This document shows positions 36,333-48,887 of a stretch of 64,000 nucleotides of DNA, one piece after another. The stretch is from Phyllosticta citribraziliensis (lineage: Eukaryota): NCBI RefSeq assembly GCF_038025025.1, contig NW_027117339.1, positions 1,860,001 to 1,924,000 on the forward strand, given 5' to 3'. The notes under the pieces are model-generated. The model was given only the letters and a program-made list of their open reading frames with translations. It made no database searches and was not told the origin of the DNA. The first letter of the stretch is position 1, and each line of letters opens with the position of its first letter. Position numbers and translations under genes: made by a program.

Positions 36333-37129
36333 TAAGTGGCGGGTCTATCAGCTAGTTGAAATGGTAGAATCGAATCCAATGGGGCTATCGCGGTCTTGCG
36401 GCTGTAGGATGGTGGCGAGAGTAGGACATGGGAAGAGCAGTGTGGAAAAAATTGTCAGAGGCCGCGAAAAGCATTGGCGGAGACGCAATAGAAAGACGCT
36501 GCAGAGAAAGGCGATTGCTGTAAATTCGGAAAAAGATGCGAAAAGGGCGACTTGAAGAATAGTCTAAGATTGCTGAAGAGATGGAATCCAAACATCAAGA
36601 CATGGCAAATGGATGATTTGTTGTTGGAGGACGCGACAAGGAAGCAGCAGAACGCGTCGTGTTGGAGCCGACGGCAGATCGACCGGGGCCCATCGGCAAA
36701 TTGCAATGACCAATGAGGGCATGAGGGGAAGCGTGCCCATCCCGTCTTGAGGCTGACATTGTTTTGTTGTTTGTTTCAACCTCTTGCCTTGACCTCATGC
36801 TTCGAAATCATCGTTACTGTCTTTGATTTTCTTCAACAAGTTCAAAGATACCCGATACGTCGTGGAAGTACAGTATCTCTTTCGGATTCTGAACATTCCT
36901 GCAATGACACCACTGCTGCAAGCCTTTCACCGGCTAGAGACCAGACATGTTGCAAGCTGACCTTTGCTGAGGTGACTGATGCTCCATTACAGATATGACA
37001 CGTCTAGTATGCAAGATACAGTTTTAAAAACCCAAAAACCAACCTTTCCGTACACCATAACCAGATGCTCCTGTAAGCCTACCATGCACCGACCCACCGA
37101 CAAACGCCTGGCTAAATCCCATGTACTGC

Positions 37130-38550
37130 TTATGATGCATCTTGAACATCAGAATCAGAAGATGGCTGCGGCTTCTTCGTCTCGTTCTCCGCCAGATCCA
37201 TCTCAGACGTCGAGTTGCTCGTCAATGCTGTTGAGTTACCCAATTCGGCCGCTTTCACAGCTGCGGCTTTGACTTGCTTTGCCTCCTCCTCGCCGCAGAC
37301 TTCCTTAAGACATCGGCCCTTTCGGCCCACCTCCTGCCGGAGCACCTCCAGCTCTTCGGGCCGCGAGAAGGAAAAGTCCCCGCTCCAGAAGCCGCAACCA
37401 ATGTTGCTCGTTTCGTTTCTTCGCAGGGCCTGCGGCATGCCCGCCGCGTCGACCGGGGCAAGTCGTTTGGGGTCACGGTGGTCTTTCTCCGCGATGATGC
37501 TCGCTCCTGGCATGTGATGGAACAACTCCGGATTCAGGCTGTAACACTTCAGGCCTCTCTTGGTGCAGCCGTGGAGCAAAGCCATGTCATATGCCGAATT
37601 TTCCGGGTGCGCGAGGGGAGCGATGTCCGAGATGATGAGTGCTGCCGAGGCACGCGTGACGGCGTATCCAAACGTGCAGAGCGGGTGCGTGGATGCGTGG
37701 ATGGCGCGCCGCTTCTCAGGGAGCTCAATTGCGTCGAGGAGATTCTTCGTGTAAGGATGCAAGTCGGGACGATCCGGCACCGTCTCGTCCCGGTATTTTA
37801 CGTGTTTGGTGCGTTCCAGGGTCGCTGGCGTCTGGTACTTTGTTCCAACACCATCCTCCAGCTTATTGAACCAGTCGCCGCAGTGGCCGATCCAAAGAAC
37901 GTCCCAACCGGAGAGGTCGCCATAGTAACTGCTGCTTTCCGGAGGGCTGAGGGTACGAACGGCTTCTGCGAGGCGCGGAATCTGGACCGTCCGGAGACGA
38001 ATGTCCCAATCGACGTCGTCCTCGAGGATCAGGGCTGTCTGGGCATCTGAACTCAGAAAACTAGACCATTGTCAGCAGAGTTGGATTTTGGGGAAGACGG
38101 CGTGGCAGACCTCTGGAGTGCCCTCACGTGTGAGAGCCATGCAAGAGCTGTTCCATTGCCGACCAGACGGTTTCCGGTATGGGCGAGGGCGACTTCGAAG
38201 CGCGCAATGTCGTCGATCGTAGGCTCAGGCTTGTCTGGAATGTGCAGCTCGATTTCCGAAACGTTTGCGGCCTGGATCAGCCTGTCACGACGGAGGGACG
38301 CATTGTGGGCGCTGTCGTCGGTCGACACGACGTAGATTGCTCCGAATCCTAGAGTCGCGTTTGCGGGGCCGCCGGTCCAATGTGGTGACACGAGGACGCC
38401 AGAAGAAGACGAGCTACCGCCGTGCTGGGACGACCCATCGCCGACATCGATGCTGCGGCTTCGGTAGGTGAGCTCTCGGGCGAAGATTAAGAAGACGACC
38501 AGGACGAAGAAGGAGAGGGCCTGAAACAGGTGCTTTGACGGGAGGAACAT
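37130..38550 (-). CDS. Glycosyltransferase family 25-like type II membrane protein (exons 38550-38111, 38060-37130)
   Basis: N-terminal TM helix, PANATLGFGAIYVVS, LAWLSHVRAL, ALILEDDVDWDIRLR and PLCTFGYAVT. Confidence 0.88.
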
Positions 38551-39394
38551 TTTTTTTTTAGGGAGGTGGTGGCGCCGAGCCGTGGTCGTGCTGGTGGGGG
38601 TACGACAGCGGCGGCGGCTTCATGGATTTGGGGGAGGTCAGGAGGTGGTGGATGGTGAGGTGAGCGCGCCGGAGGACGTCAGGATCTTTTGAGGTGTTGA
38701 GGGCCAGTACGTCACACGTCTCATCTGAGCAGAGGTGAAGGCCTATCACGGGCGGTTTCATGCGGCGCGCGGCTACCCGTAACGCTGCATTTACGAGGTT
38801 CACCATCCTGATTCGGCCAAGGGCGCCTGGTTGAGGAGGCCCCACCTCACTCCCCCTCAGTACCTCACTTCAGAACAACAGCCATCGGCCTCCAAGTCGG
38901 AGGTTGGAGAGGCTGAGACTGCAGATCGTCGCGGGGCGTTGATCTCTGCTTGCCGATCGTTGTTTCTTTGCACCTGCTATCTACTGTATCACATTGGGAC
39001 GTGTAGCCAGCCTTTGACGGCTTCTTGCAGCCTCGAAACGGTCCGGCCGACGCCTGTACCCAAGCACATGCCAGCGTCAAACTCGTCCAAAATAAGCCGA
39101 GGGAGCGGAATCACCACAACTACCACTTGACCACATGTACTCACTACCCAGCTCTTTCTCATTCGCCGAATTTATCGTCCAAAGTAAATCGTGTGGCACG
39201 CTGGCACGCGGTTCCGGCACGTCGCAGCGCGTCTTTGTCCAACGCCTTGTGATGTTCATCACCCAAATTTCAATCTACACCCTCTAAATCCCCTTATTAT
39301 GCTGCCGCCTGCCCTCCACCTCTGATCCACATGAGACCATCCTAGTCACCATTTTATTCCAAGGGCCAAGTGGAAAAAGCGACGAATGCCGCCT

Positions 39395-40567
39395 TCACTC
39401 CCCTTTGACGTGCCCTGGTCTTTCGTCTTCCCCTCTGGGCACCCCGTTGACCACTTTTAGGCTCCCATTTGCCCACGTTTGAAGGGATCCCAGTACGACC
39501 ACGGCGACGCTGAAGATGATGGCGGCACCAACAAATACCTGCACACGGGACCAAGTATCAAGAAGTCCAAACAGAGGGTAGGCATACACGCCGTTGTTGT
39601 GGGCAGCACAAGCTTCAACCCAGAACCAATAGGCAGTGGCGAGAGCACTGGCGAGCCCAAGCGAAGGGATAAAGGCAAGGGTCCAAGGAGGAGAGAGGAG
39701 AAGCAGGTCGAGGAGGCAGAATATCGTGGGGAAGGTGTGGAACGAGTGGTCGACGATTGGAGGAGGCATGGGTGAGTCAGGGTGCAGCAGAAGTATTGGG
39801 TCAATCTGCGATGTCAAGTCAGTTGGAGTGTCAAGTCAGTTGGAGTGGCTTTGACGGTAGGTGTTGCAAAATTGGAAGCAATGTAGTTGTGAGCAGGTAA
39901 GGACCAGGTGCTATGCCGTTTGGCGGGGCAGGGGCTATCGCGGAACGTGGGAACAAAGGGTCCGTTGATGCAGGGGAACCGGGCCGGAATGGCGGCGTAT
40001 CCAACGGATTTGTCGGATAGGTGCGGAAACCTCCAGACGTACAGATCTGATTCCCCAGTACAGCACCGTGACGCAAAACTCGAGCGGAGCAGCCACCACG
40101 GCGAGTATGTTCTTGAGATAGAACAGGCGGGCGGACAGAGTCAAATCGGCCAATATGCCAAACACAAAAGCCAGAACCGTTATCGCGAGGGTGAGGATGG
40201 TCAGATGTTGGAAATGCCATCCCCAGAGGTCGCCGAGGGGGTTTGGCGTCACGACCAAACTGAGACGGACATCAGCATTGTGTGGAACTGGAATTGATCC
40301 GGGCCCAGTGTTTCGGGCAAGCGATTGTAGCGGGCGAAGGAGCGGGATGACGCACTAGCGGAACGAGTAAAAGAAGCTCACTAGACCAGCAAGCTGGGAG
40401 ATGGCGTCAGAAGACTGCGATGGATTCTGACAGACAGACAGACAGACGTGACTTACATGGACAAGGGCCGATACGCCGCGAGAAGGGCTGGGAAGACGTT
40501 GGAGAGGGTGCTTGGAGGCGAGTAGAGTGCCCTGGGCGATGAGCGGATCGCTAGATTGGCGCGCCAT
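39395..40567 (-). CDS. FAR-17a/AIG1-like membrane protein (4 exons)
   Basis: KHPLQRLPSPSRGVSALVH, WGWHFQHLTIL, APLEFCVTVLYWG, HTFPTIFCLLDLLLLSPPW and YWFWVE..N..YAYPLF. Three GT-AG introns. Confidence 0.88.
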
Positions 40568-41188
40568 GGCCGGGACGAGATGCTAAGACGCGAGAGAGAG
40601 AGAGGAAAACCGTGGTGGTGCAGCAGGAAGCCTTGGAGCTGGGGCGGAGTTGCAGCGGAGCGGACCTGGACGGGAAGGACGGATAATGACGTTGGCCGGG
40701 CCGTGCAGGTGAGCCGTCATCCATCCATGCCTGCCGTGCCGTGCGGGACCCTGTGGGCCGGCCGCAGCATGAAGCGCCTCAGGCCTGAACGTGGAACCTT
40801 GGATGTTGATGTCCTTGCGAATGGAGGAAGATGGTGGTGAGGCGAACCAGAACCAACACAAGGCAGGTCACAGCGAGAGAGGGTCCTGCTCAGCCCTGCC
40901 GTCTTCCCCACAAGCTACATGCAACGATTACTCGGTGGCCGCGTCTAGTCTCGTCTCTTATCTGCTGAACCCGCGCCAAGCATCACCTTCTGGCTGCTAT
41001 CAGCCGCGTCCCACCCTCATCCATGCCGTCCATCACAAGCTTCCCCACCGCCGTCTTTTCGCGAGCCATGATTTCCAGTCTTCCTCTCCTCACAACCCAA
41101 CCCGCTCATATCTGCCTGACAACACTGGCTGACGAGAGCCTCCCCATGCCGTCGTCGACCTTACATCCCGCCGTCCAATCACATCGAC

Positions 41189-43680
41189 ATGCCCCGCCCC
41201 AAGAAAGTCGGTGCTCCTGAACCCAAAAGGCGGAGTAGAAACGGCTGCTGGCAAGTTGCAACTTTTGGCCTAAAAGAGAACCATTACTAACCGCCCTTCC
41301 CAGGCCATGCAAGGGGCGCAAGGTCAAATGGTGAATCTTTCTTCGCATTTCTTCTTCCAACGCTAACACTTTCATTCCAAGTGGGGAAGAAAAACCCAAA
41401 TGTCTAAACTGCGAGCGCAACGGCGAGGTGTGCGACTATTCCATTCGCCTCAACTGGGGTGGTCGCACGAGGAGGCAGGATGACGACTTCACCATGACCC
41501 TTCGCTTCTCTCCGCCCTCAAATTCCTATTCTCTTCCTTTTCCCTCGGCCGAACAATTTACCCAACACCCTCCGCCGCCTGAGCCACAGCACCGCCGATC
41601 CGACTCGAGTACACAATATTTGCCTCCTCAGTCCTCGGAAAATGAACGTTTGGATCAACCAACCCACATGTTGTACGACACGCGACGAGGCTCGACGCCA
41701 TCCGCGGCCGAAGGCTCCAGACCCATTTCCATCCCGATAGACCCGAGGATTCACGCCGCCCAAGATCACTACAGCATCGATTACCCTTCACCGCAGAGCT
41801 GGTCGAATCTGCACCACACTCGACCTGACGCCGCGTCTCCTATGCTTCCACCTCTACGGGCAAATCTCGCCATGGCCTCTCCCGAGCATCGGACGAAAAG
41901 GTTGAGGTTGAGTCCCTTTGGCGAATCACCTGCACAATCGCTCTCGACCATGACCAGGCATGACGGTTCTGTGGACTCCGTAACGGCGGGCCACGCACCG
42001 CCAGACGTGCCGTCGCCCTTTACTCTGCCCCCGATGACACCTTACAGTCCCTTCATGTCACTTCCTCTAACCCCGGGATCGTCCGTGGCCTCGGAGGAAA
42101 GCACCGCGAGGTCTGTTCCAATGCATCTGCCATCCTCGCAGCAATCCAGCGACTCACGCCGTCTCTCCGTCAACTATCTGCTCACAAACAGCAGTCCGAC
42201 ACGCACTAACGTGGTGGACAGTGGACCCAAAAACATGTACATCAACTATGGATTCGACATCGGTCAGCCGGATCTGGACATTCCAAACAACAAGGATCCC
42301 GAAGCCATCATTGCCTTCAGCCCTCCAGCTCACCCCGAAACCTCTGAGGAGACCACTTCCGCCCAGAGCACTGCATTCGAAGCAAACGGTTACTATGAGA
42401 AGCCGGTGCGGATTAGAATCCCAAAGGAGCTAGAGCCTCTGCCTCCTCTTCTGCTGGAAAGTCCGATGAATTTGCTCTACTTTCATCATTTTTTGAACCA
42501 CACCGCACGTCTATTAGTTCCACACGACTGCGAAGAAAACCCGTTTCGCTGTGTTCTGCCCAAGATGGCAGTCCGCGACAAGGACCTTTTGAGCTTGTTG
42601 CTTGCATTTTCAGCTTCTCATCGCGCTCGCCTCCTTTGCCATACGGAGCCGTCCAACCGAATCGCTATCTGGATGCAGGACGTTTTTCCGAAGCTGCGCG
42701 TGGCGCTGGAGAGCCCTGATCCTGTTTCTGACTCCATCCTCACGACTGCAATCATGCTCGCGAGTCTGGAAATAGTGTCGCCCAATGCGTTCGAAGTCCC
42801 CATTCCATGGAAAAGCCATCTTGGCACTGCACGCCAATTGATCATCGCTCGTGGCGGACTGCAGTCTCTTCATAGGGGTGACGACGAAAGCTCCTACTTC
42901 CTCTCACGCTGGTTCGCGTACCTTGATGTGCTTGGTAGTTTATCAGGCAGCAAGAATGACAGTCCTCTGGGTGCAGACTATTTAGCCCTCAGTCCCAACG
43001 ATGCTCTCCCTGGCGACCTCAACGCTGATGACCAAATCGACTGTCTTCTCGGCTTCACCAATCGCTTCGTCGGCACTCTCGCCCGTATAGCTTCACTTGC
43101 AAAGCAATGCGAGCATCAACGGATCGACCCGCATGGCCACGTCCGTTCCGAATGGCGACCTTCTGCCGATGTTGTTGCTGCGGCCGAGGTTTTGCGCACC
43201 GAGCTTCGCAACGGATGCGAGAAAGTCGTGTACAAAGCATGCACCCATGGTGATTCCCGCTCCAACATGAATCCCGCCGCCGCCAGCATCTCTGCTAGGA
43301 AAGCAGACGCCTGGGATCTGGAAGAAATCCAAGCTACCAACTCGGCTTTCCACTGGGCAGGCATGCTTCATCTCTTACGGCGTGTCCTTGGTTGCCATTC
43401 TGCACATGGCGAAGTTCGTCATGCTGTTGAGCAGACGCTGGCAGCGCTGAGGAAAGTTCGTAGAGGCAGCACGGCCGAAGCCTGTCTCCTTTTCCCAATC
43501 TTCAGCGTTGGCGTGGAAGTCGAGACCGAAGAGGACAGGAAAGTAGTCAGGGAACGTATGCTGGCCATGGAGAAGATAGGACTGGGTCAAGTGGGAAGGG
43601 CGAGGCGGGTGTTGGACAGGGTATGGGAGGGAGGGAACAGAGCTTGGGAGGGCTTCGTGGGAGACGAATTCTTCGGTTAG
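41189..43680 (+). CDS. Zn(II)2Cys6 transcription factor with Fungal_trans_2-type domain (exons 41189-41250, 41304-41330, 41382-43680)
   Basis: Spliced N-terminus RRSRNGCWPCKGRKVKCGEEKPKCLNCERNGEVC. C-terminal LYFHHFLNHTARLLVPHD..NPFR..FAYLDVLGSLS..LLFPIF. Intron 1 has a GC donor. Confidence 0.92.
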
Positions 43681-44923
43681 GGTACGCCTGGGTGTTTGAC
43701 ACACGGTGATTTGTTGGCCTCCTGACTGCTGTTGTTGTTTTGTGCTTTTAGCCAAACTGGCTTTGGTAGTTGCAGCTTGTGGCATTATCAGATACCCTAT
43801 CAGAGCAGAACTTGCACGTCTTAGCTAGTCATTTATCGGATTTTAGCGGGCAATCGACACATTCATAGTCAGGGGGTGGCAGTCGGTGTGGTTGATGTGA
43901 GTTCAACAGCTTGTGGATCAACGTCAGTTCTCTTGTTCGTTCTTCGTCGATGATTATGCTAATGTGCGTGCAGATATGCTCTTGGCCCCGAACAAGACCA
44001 TGGCCCGATGCTGCAAAGCTCCGCACCCCCGCTTCGCTTGATGATCTGGCGCTCTTCCCAGCAGCCGCCTGCAAACCGACGCCGGAATTTCAGGCAGGCC
44101 ATTCACGTTCCTATTTCGCCGACCACAGGGCGTCGACGAGATCATCATTACTGAATCGTATGAATCAAACAATCCTTAGAATCAAACTCTTGACAATGTC
44201 AAGCAGCAGCAATCTGTCGCCGCTTTTTCAGCCGTCTGATTAGAACCAGTCTTCCCCGTCTTCGCCGTCCTTTACTTTCCCAGGCTTCAATCCACCTGGG
44301 TTTTGCAAGAGGATGAAGATGTTCATACCCTGGGAAAAGTCATGGTAGCCTCATTGCAACCACATCTACTTCCCCGTGCTTTCCCATGTGTCCCGGCCGC
44401 ACTGCGGGCTTCTCCTCATGCTGTAGTCACTTGGAAAACGGCTTGGAGGTGGCTTCTTGCGCCTTCATCCGGCACGCGCCTCTCGAGACTACATAAGCTT
44501 GCCTCTTGGGCTGAGGACACTTAACTTCTTCAACCGCACCACCCCAACCACGACTCCGAAATCACTTGTCCGTCATTGCTTGGGTCTTGATCTAGCCAAC
44601 GCGGACTTGCATACCTGGTCGAGGAAGGTGTTGACACAGACCGCCGGTCAGTGCTCACGCCGAGCTGCGAAATCTTCCCACGCGCGACCCTAAGATTTCA
44701 CCAGCCTGTGCCTTTTCCCATCAATCGAAGCGCGACCAAGCGTAACAGCTGGAGTGCGAGAGCCAAAGCGAAAGTCGATTGAGCGTGGTGGACATCAAGT
44801 TCACGTCTGAAGAGAGGAGGTCAAAAACTCCGCCATCCAGCCCTCTCCGCTCCTCGACCACCATCACTTCCTCCGCTTGAACGCATCAAGTCCTTCTTCA
44901 GCAAGACCTGAAGAATCCTCAAG

Positions 44924-45000
44924 GTACGCATCGTCTTCTCCATCTCCAAGCGATTGAGCAGGCTGTATCAGATCATGCTGACAATTCGTTGCGCTTGAAG
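44924..45000 (+). other. Probable 5'-UTR intron of the downstream gene
   Basis: AAG|GTACGC..GCTGAC..GAAG upstream of ATG 45082. Confidence 0.55.
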
Positions 45001-45081
45001 AGACCACGAGCTTGTTGGCTCACCACCATCAAACCCTCTTCTCCAACACACTCTCTGCCACTCAAGTACCTCTCGCCCAGC

Positions 45082-47354
45082 ATGCCCTACCCCACCCTCC
45101 AAGACCCCATCGTCGTGGAGTTCAATAGGATGGCGCATCTGTTGGATCAGCTCTGCAAGGAGCGCGATGATCTACGGGCAGCGGTGGCTATTCATGAACG
45201 GATCATCGAGCTCCAGGCGACGGGTCTCAGGTCCAATGATCTAACAGAAGTCAGGCAGAACTTCAGAACCTTCCACGACCACCTCGGGGGACTTGAAAGA
45301 AGGATTTCTTCCGTTGAGCATCAAATGGGCGAGATCATGCTGATCTTCAAGGTAAGCGGCGAGCAAGGAGACGCCATCACACTCAAAAGACTTCTGCTAA
45401 ACATATTGAATAGGAGCCAGAGGAGGTCGTTGACGGAGAACGTCGTCTCAAGCCGGCTTTGGCTGCTCTCCTCAACGTCATCAAGGCCTCTCTTTGCCTT
45501 GCCAACCAGGCGGTTCCCGAGCCAGTCTCTGAGGCGCCTGTCGCAGAGTGGCGGGAGGACACGGTCGAAGAGGGCCGTACTTCTCACCCTAGCCGTCCGA
45601 AGCGCAGGTTCAGGGACTACTTTGCCCCTGCGGCTTCTTCGCGCCAAGTAAGCATTGTCAACGCTCCCTTTCATGATCCCGTGCTAACATGACATGCGTA
45701 GCCCCCTGCCGTCGTCTCGCAGGCTGCTCCTCTTCCTGTCGGTCGTCCCAACCACCCGGCCCGACAATACCATGCCACGCAAGTCTGGCGCCCTCGACCC
45801 AAGCTCTCCTACCACGACATCGATGCCCCGACCGTCCCGTCGTTTGGCGCACCCATTCCCGGTGCCACCAACCAGGCTCCCGTTGATTGGAATGTCCTTT
45901 ACACTGCCGACAACGCCGCTGCGGCTAGCATCTGGAATCACCGCGACTACTCGCACCGCACGGTCACCATCGACCCCATCGACAGGACCTTGCCGCTGTC
46001 GACCTTGCTCCAGAGGTTGAACACTGGTCACTACATTGAGTCTGTCCAGCGCATTCGCTCGCCTAGAGTCTCTGGAAGTGACATGGTCAAGATAAACTTC
46101 TTGTCCACGGACGATGCCTATGAGTACGTCCAGCTTACCGATATGCGTCGTTCTCTTGCCAGAATCCCCCAGACCAGCAAACCCATCATCAGACAGAGCG
46201 AGATGGCTACCGGTGCCCTTTCGCGTTACGTCAAGGATGCTGTTTTTCTCCACGGTGCCACGCGGATTCTCCTGATTCAGGCGTTCCCCCGTACGCTCAG
46301 CTCTCCTCGGGAGCTCCGCATCCAGCTTGGCTACATCTTCAACGTATCGTTGGATGTGTTGCTCACTGACCCGGAGTTTGGCGAGAGGACGATCCGGATT
46401 ACTTTCCGTGCTGTTGGAGATGCCTACCGCGCCGCCAACCGCTGGCGCAAGACAACCGATCCCATCTGGCGTGGAGTCAAGATCTTCTTCGGCAACGACG
46501 GCAAGATCCCTGACTTGAGCGGTGGTGATGCGCCTCGCGATGACGACGGACACGACGGCCCTGGTGGCATGCCTCCCCCTCCCCCTCCAGACTCATCGGA
46601 CGATGATGGCGATGACGAGAATGAAGGCATTTTCGGTGATGGCGGTCCTTCCGGCACCGACAACAACGGCGGAGGCGACAATGGCGGCGACGGCGCTGGC
46701 GCATTCAACTTCACCCCTCAAGATATGGTTCCTGGTGCTCGCTCGGTCCTCGACTACAATGCGCGCAGGGCTCGCGGCATGGCCATCAACGATGCCCACC
46801 GACCGCTTCCAAGGTTCGACGGCAAGGGACCTGCCTGTGGTGTTCGTACTATGCCTACGCTCGCGGAAAGCAGCTTTGACGCTCCCATGGCCACCAGCAG
46901 CGGTCAATACAGTGCTTCTGTCTACTCGCGCACTACGAACGGTGGACCGGTTGGTGCGTCTACGTCTCTCAACAACAGCGTTGCGTCCAACAACGCGGGA
47001 GGTGAAGCTGAGTCGTCCAACAGTGCCGGCGGCGTTGCTGATCTTGCAGCCATGCCCACCGAAGATGGCACAACGGGCCTTGGAATCGGCAATGTCGACA
47101 CCGTCGAGGCTGTGCACCGTGTGCACACTCCTGCCGAAGTCCATTACTACGTCAACGGCATTGAGACCGACGACGATGGCAACCCGCTCGCCGACCCTGA
47201 CGACCCCCGCCTGGCCAACATCCCAACCCACCAGGCCACCGAGCAGAATGCCAACAATGCCGTCAGCACTGTCGGCAATGTCCCTGTCCGCCGTGGTGGC
47301 GCCTTGCCTGATGTCGTCGCTCGTGCGATGGCCAGAAGCAAGTGGGCCGACTGA
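45082..47354 (+). CDS. Hypothetical ~718-aa protein: coiled coil + two degenerate RRM-like folds + acidic disordered tail (exons 45082-45351, 45414-45647, 45702-47354)
   Basis: Two phase-0 GTAAGC..GCTAA..TAG introns link three ORF pieces. Motifs HRTVTIDPI..VKINFLSTDDAYEY and HGATRILLIQ..ITFRAVGDAYRA..WRGVKIFFGND. Confidence 0.75.
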
Positions 47355-48887
47355 ATGCCGACTTTGTCGACAACAGACCTCTACTCGACTCCTTTTTCTT
47401 GACCAGCAACCTTGCGCTTCTTGGCTCTGGTACACTTGGTCTTCCAACGGTCTAGAAATCGGACAATCGAGAGAGGGCACCATGCTACCTGTACTTGCAC
47501 TCACGTTAAAAGCGCCTCTTGCTCGACACTCTTACCGACTGGCTGACCTGCGCTTTGATTTTCTGCTTTTCCACTTTACGACGGCTTCGCGGTTTGCACC
47601 CTCCACTCTTCGACAGCTTGCTCATTCGACTTGCGCATACCAAAAGCGCCTTGGGCCGTTTGCGCCTTTTTTGCAGCAGCGCAGCTTTCGCAGCATGGCA
47701 CATGACGGCAGCACATCATCACGGTACGCTGCAACATCCAATTTGCTGCCTCTTCCGATGGTCTGTCTGTCGGTACGCCAGCCTGCTTCATCGGCCTTCA
47801 TGCGCGCCTTTTGCTTTTCTTCGCTTCTACGCAGCCGAGCGCGCCATCAACTGGCCGCTCACCGTAAGTCGTTACTGCCCGGCTACTTCGTCGCGGCTTT
47901 TTCTCCACTCAGTCTGATTTTGCTTTTGCTTTACTTGCCGTGGCACACAGTTGCGACGGCCTCTTCCTTTTCTCTGAAAAAGCCCCCGGTGGTTGACCCT
48001 TTGGTATAGGACGAGATGGGATGGGAGGCGTACAAAGGGACATGGGGATTGGGGGGTTGCTCTTTCGGGTATAAAAGGTCTGGTTCGGATTCAGTCAGTT
48101 GCTCTCCACTTTGCTTCAGTCCGGTAGTTAGTCAGGTCAATACAAAACCAGTCGGTTTGTCATTTCATGGGGCCAGGAGCCTTGGTATGGGTTGTGGCAC
48201 TACCATCAAAATGCTTCGCCCTTCAAGCAGTGGAGGAGGAAAGGGACATGGTAGAAAGGGAGATGCACGACCTTGTCGTCTGGGTCTTTTGAATATTTGC
48301 TGTGGGGTGGAGAGGAAACTTGAGAGGGACGGGGCACAGCTGGAGCAAATGCCTGGCGGCCGTTCTCATGAAGCCCAACGCTCGCCTTTCACAAAATGAG
48401 TAGACAGAGCAGCGAGAGTAGCACAGGAAAGATGGATACGCTTTGGATTGTTATCGCGGACAACAGAGGCGGAGGTGGGGTTGGCGGCGGGACAGACATA
48501 TGACGTGATTGGCGGCGCGGCTGAGGCCATCCGGGCCATGCACTCTTCAACCGCTTCCCCACCGAGTCGAGGTCATCACTGCCGTTTGCCCATATTTCGC
48601 AATTGCATCCTCCGCCTGCGACTCGTCAGACGGCGTCGAGCAACAAACCATGAGCGCACGCCATTCGCGGCGCCATGGGCTTCTGCTCGCTCCCAAAGCT
48701 CCCGCTCCTATCGCTGCTCTCCCCCAACTTTATCGCTACCCGCGCCCTCGAGCGGGTTTCCAATTTCGTCGTCCTTTTTTTCGATTTAATGTTTGACTTC
48801 TCTTCTCTCCATTTCTCTGGCTCGTCTGCCGTCCAACCTTGAGCTTCCTGCTCTCCCCAGCCCGCCCAAGTCAGTCAACCGGCAATC

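Noticed and set aside
46522..48009. 495-aa alternative-frame ORF overlapping the RRM-like gene
   Set aside because: Starts at GTG, has off-frame composition and runs into a UTR-like pyrimidine-rich region.
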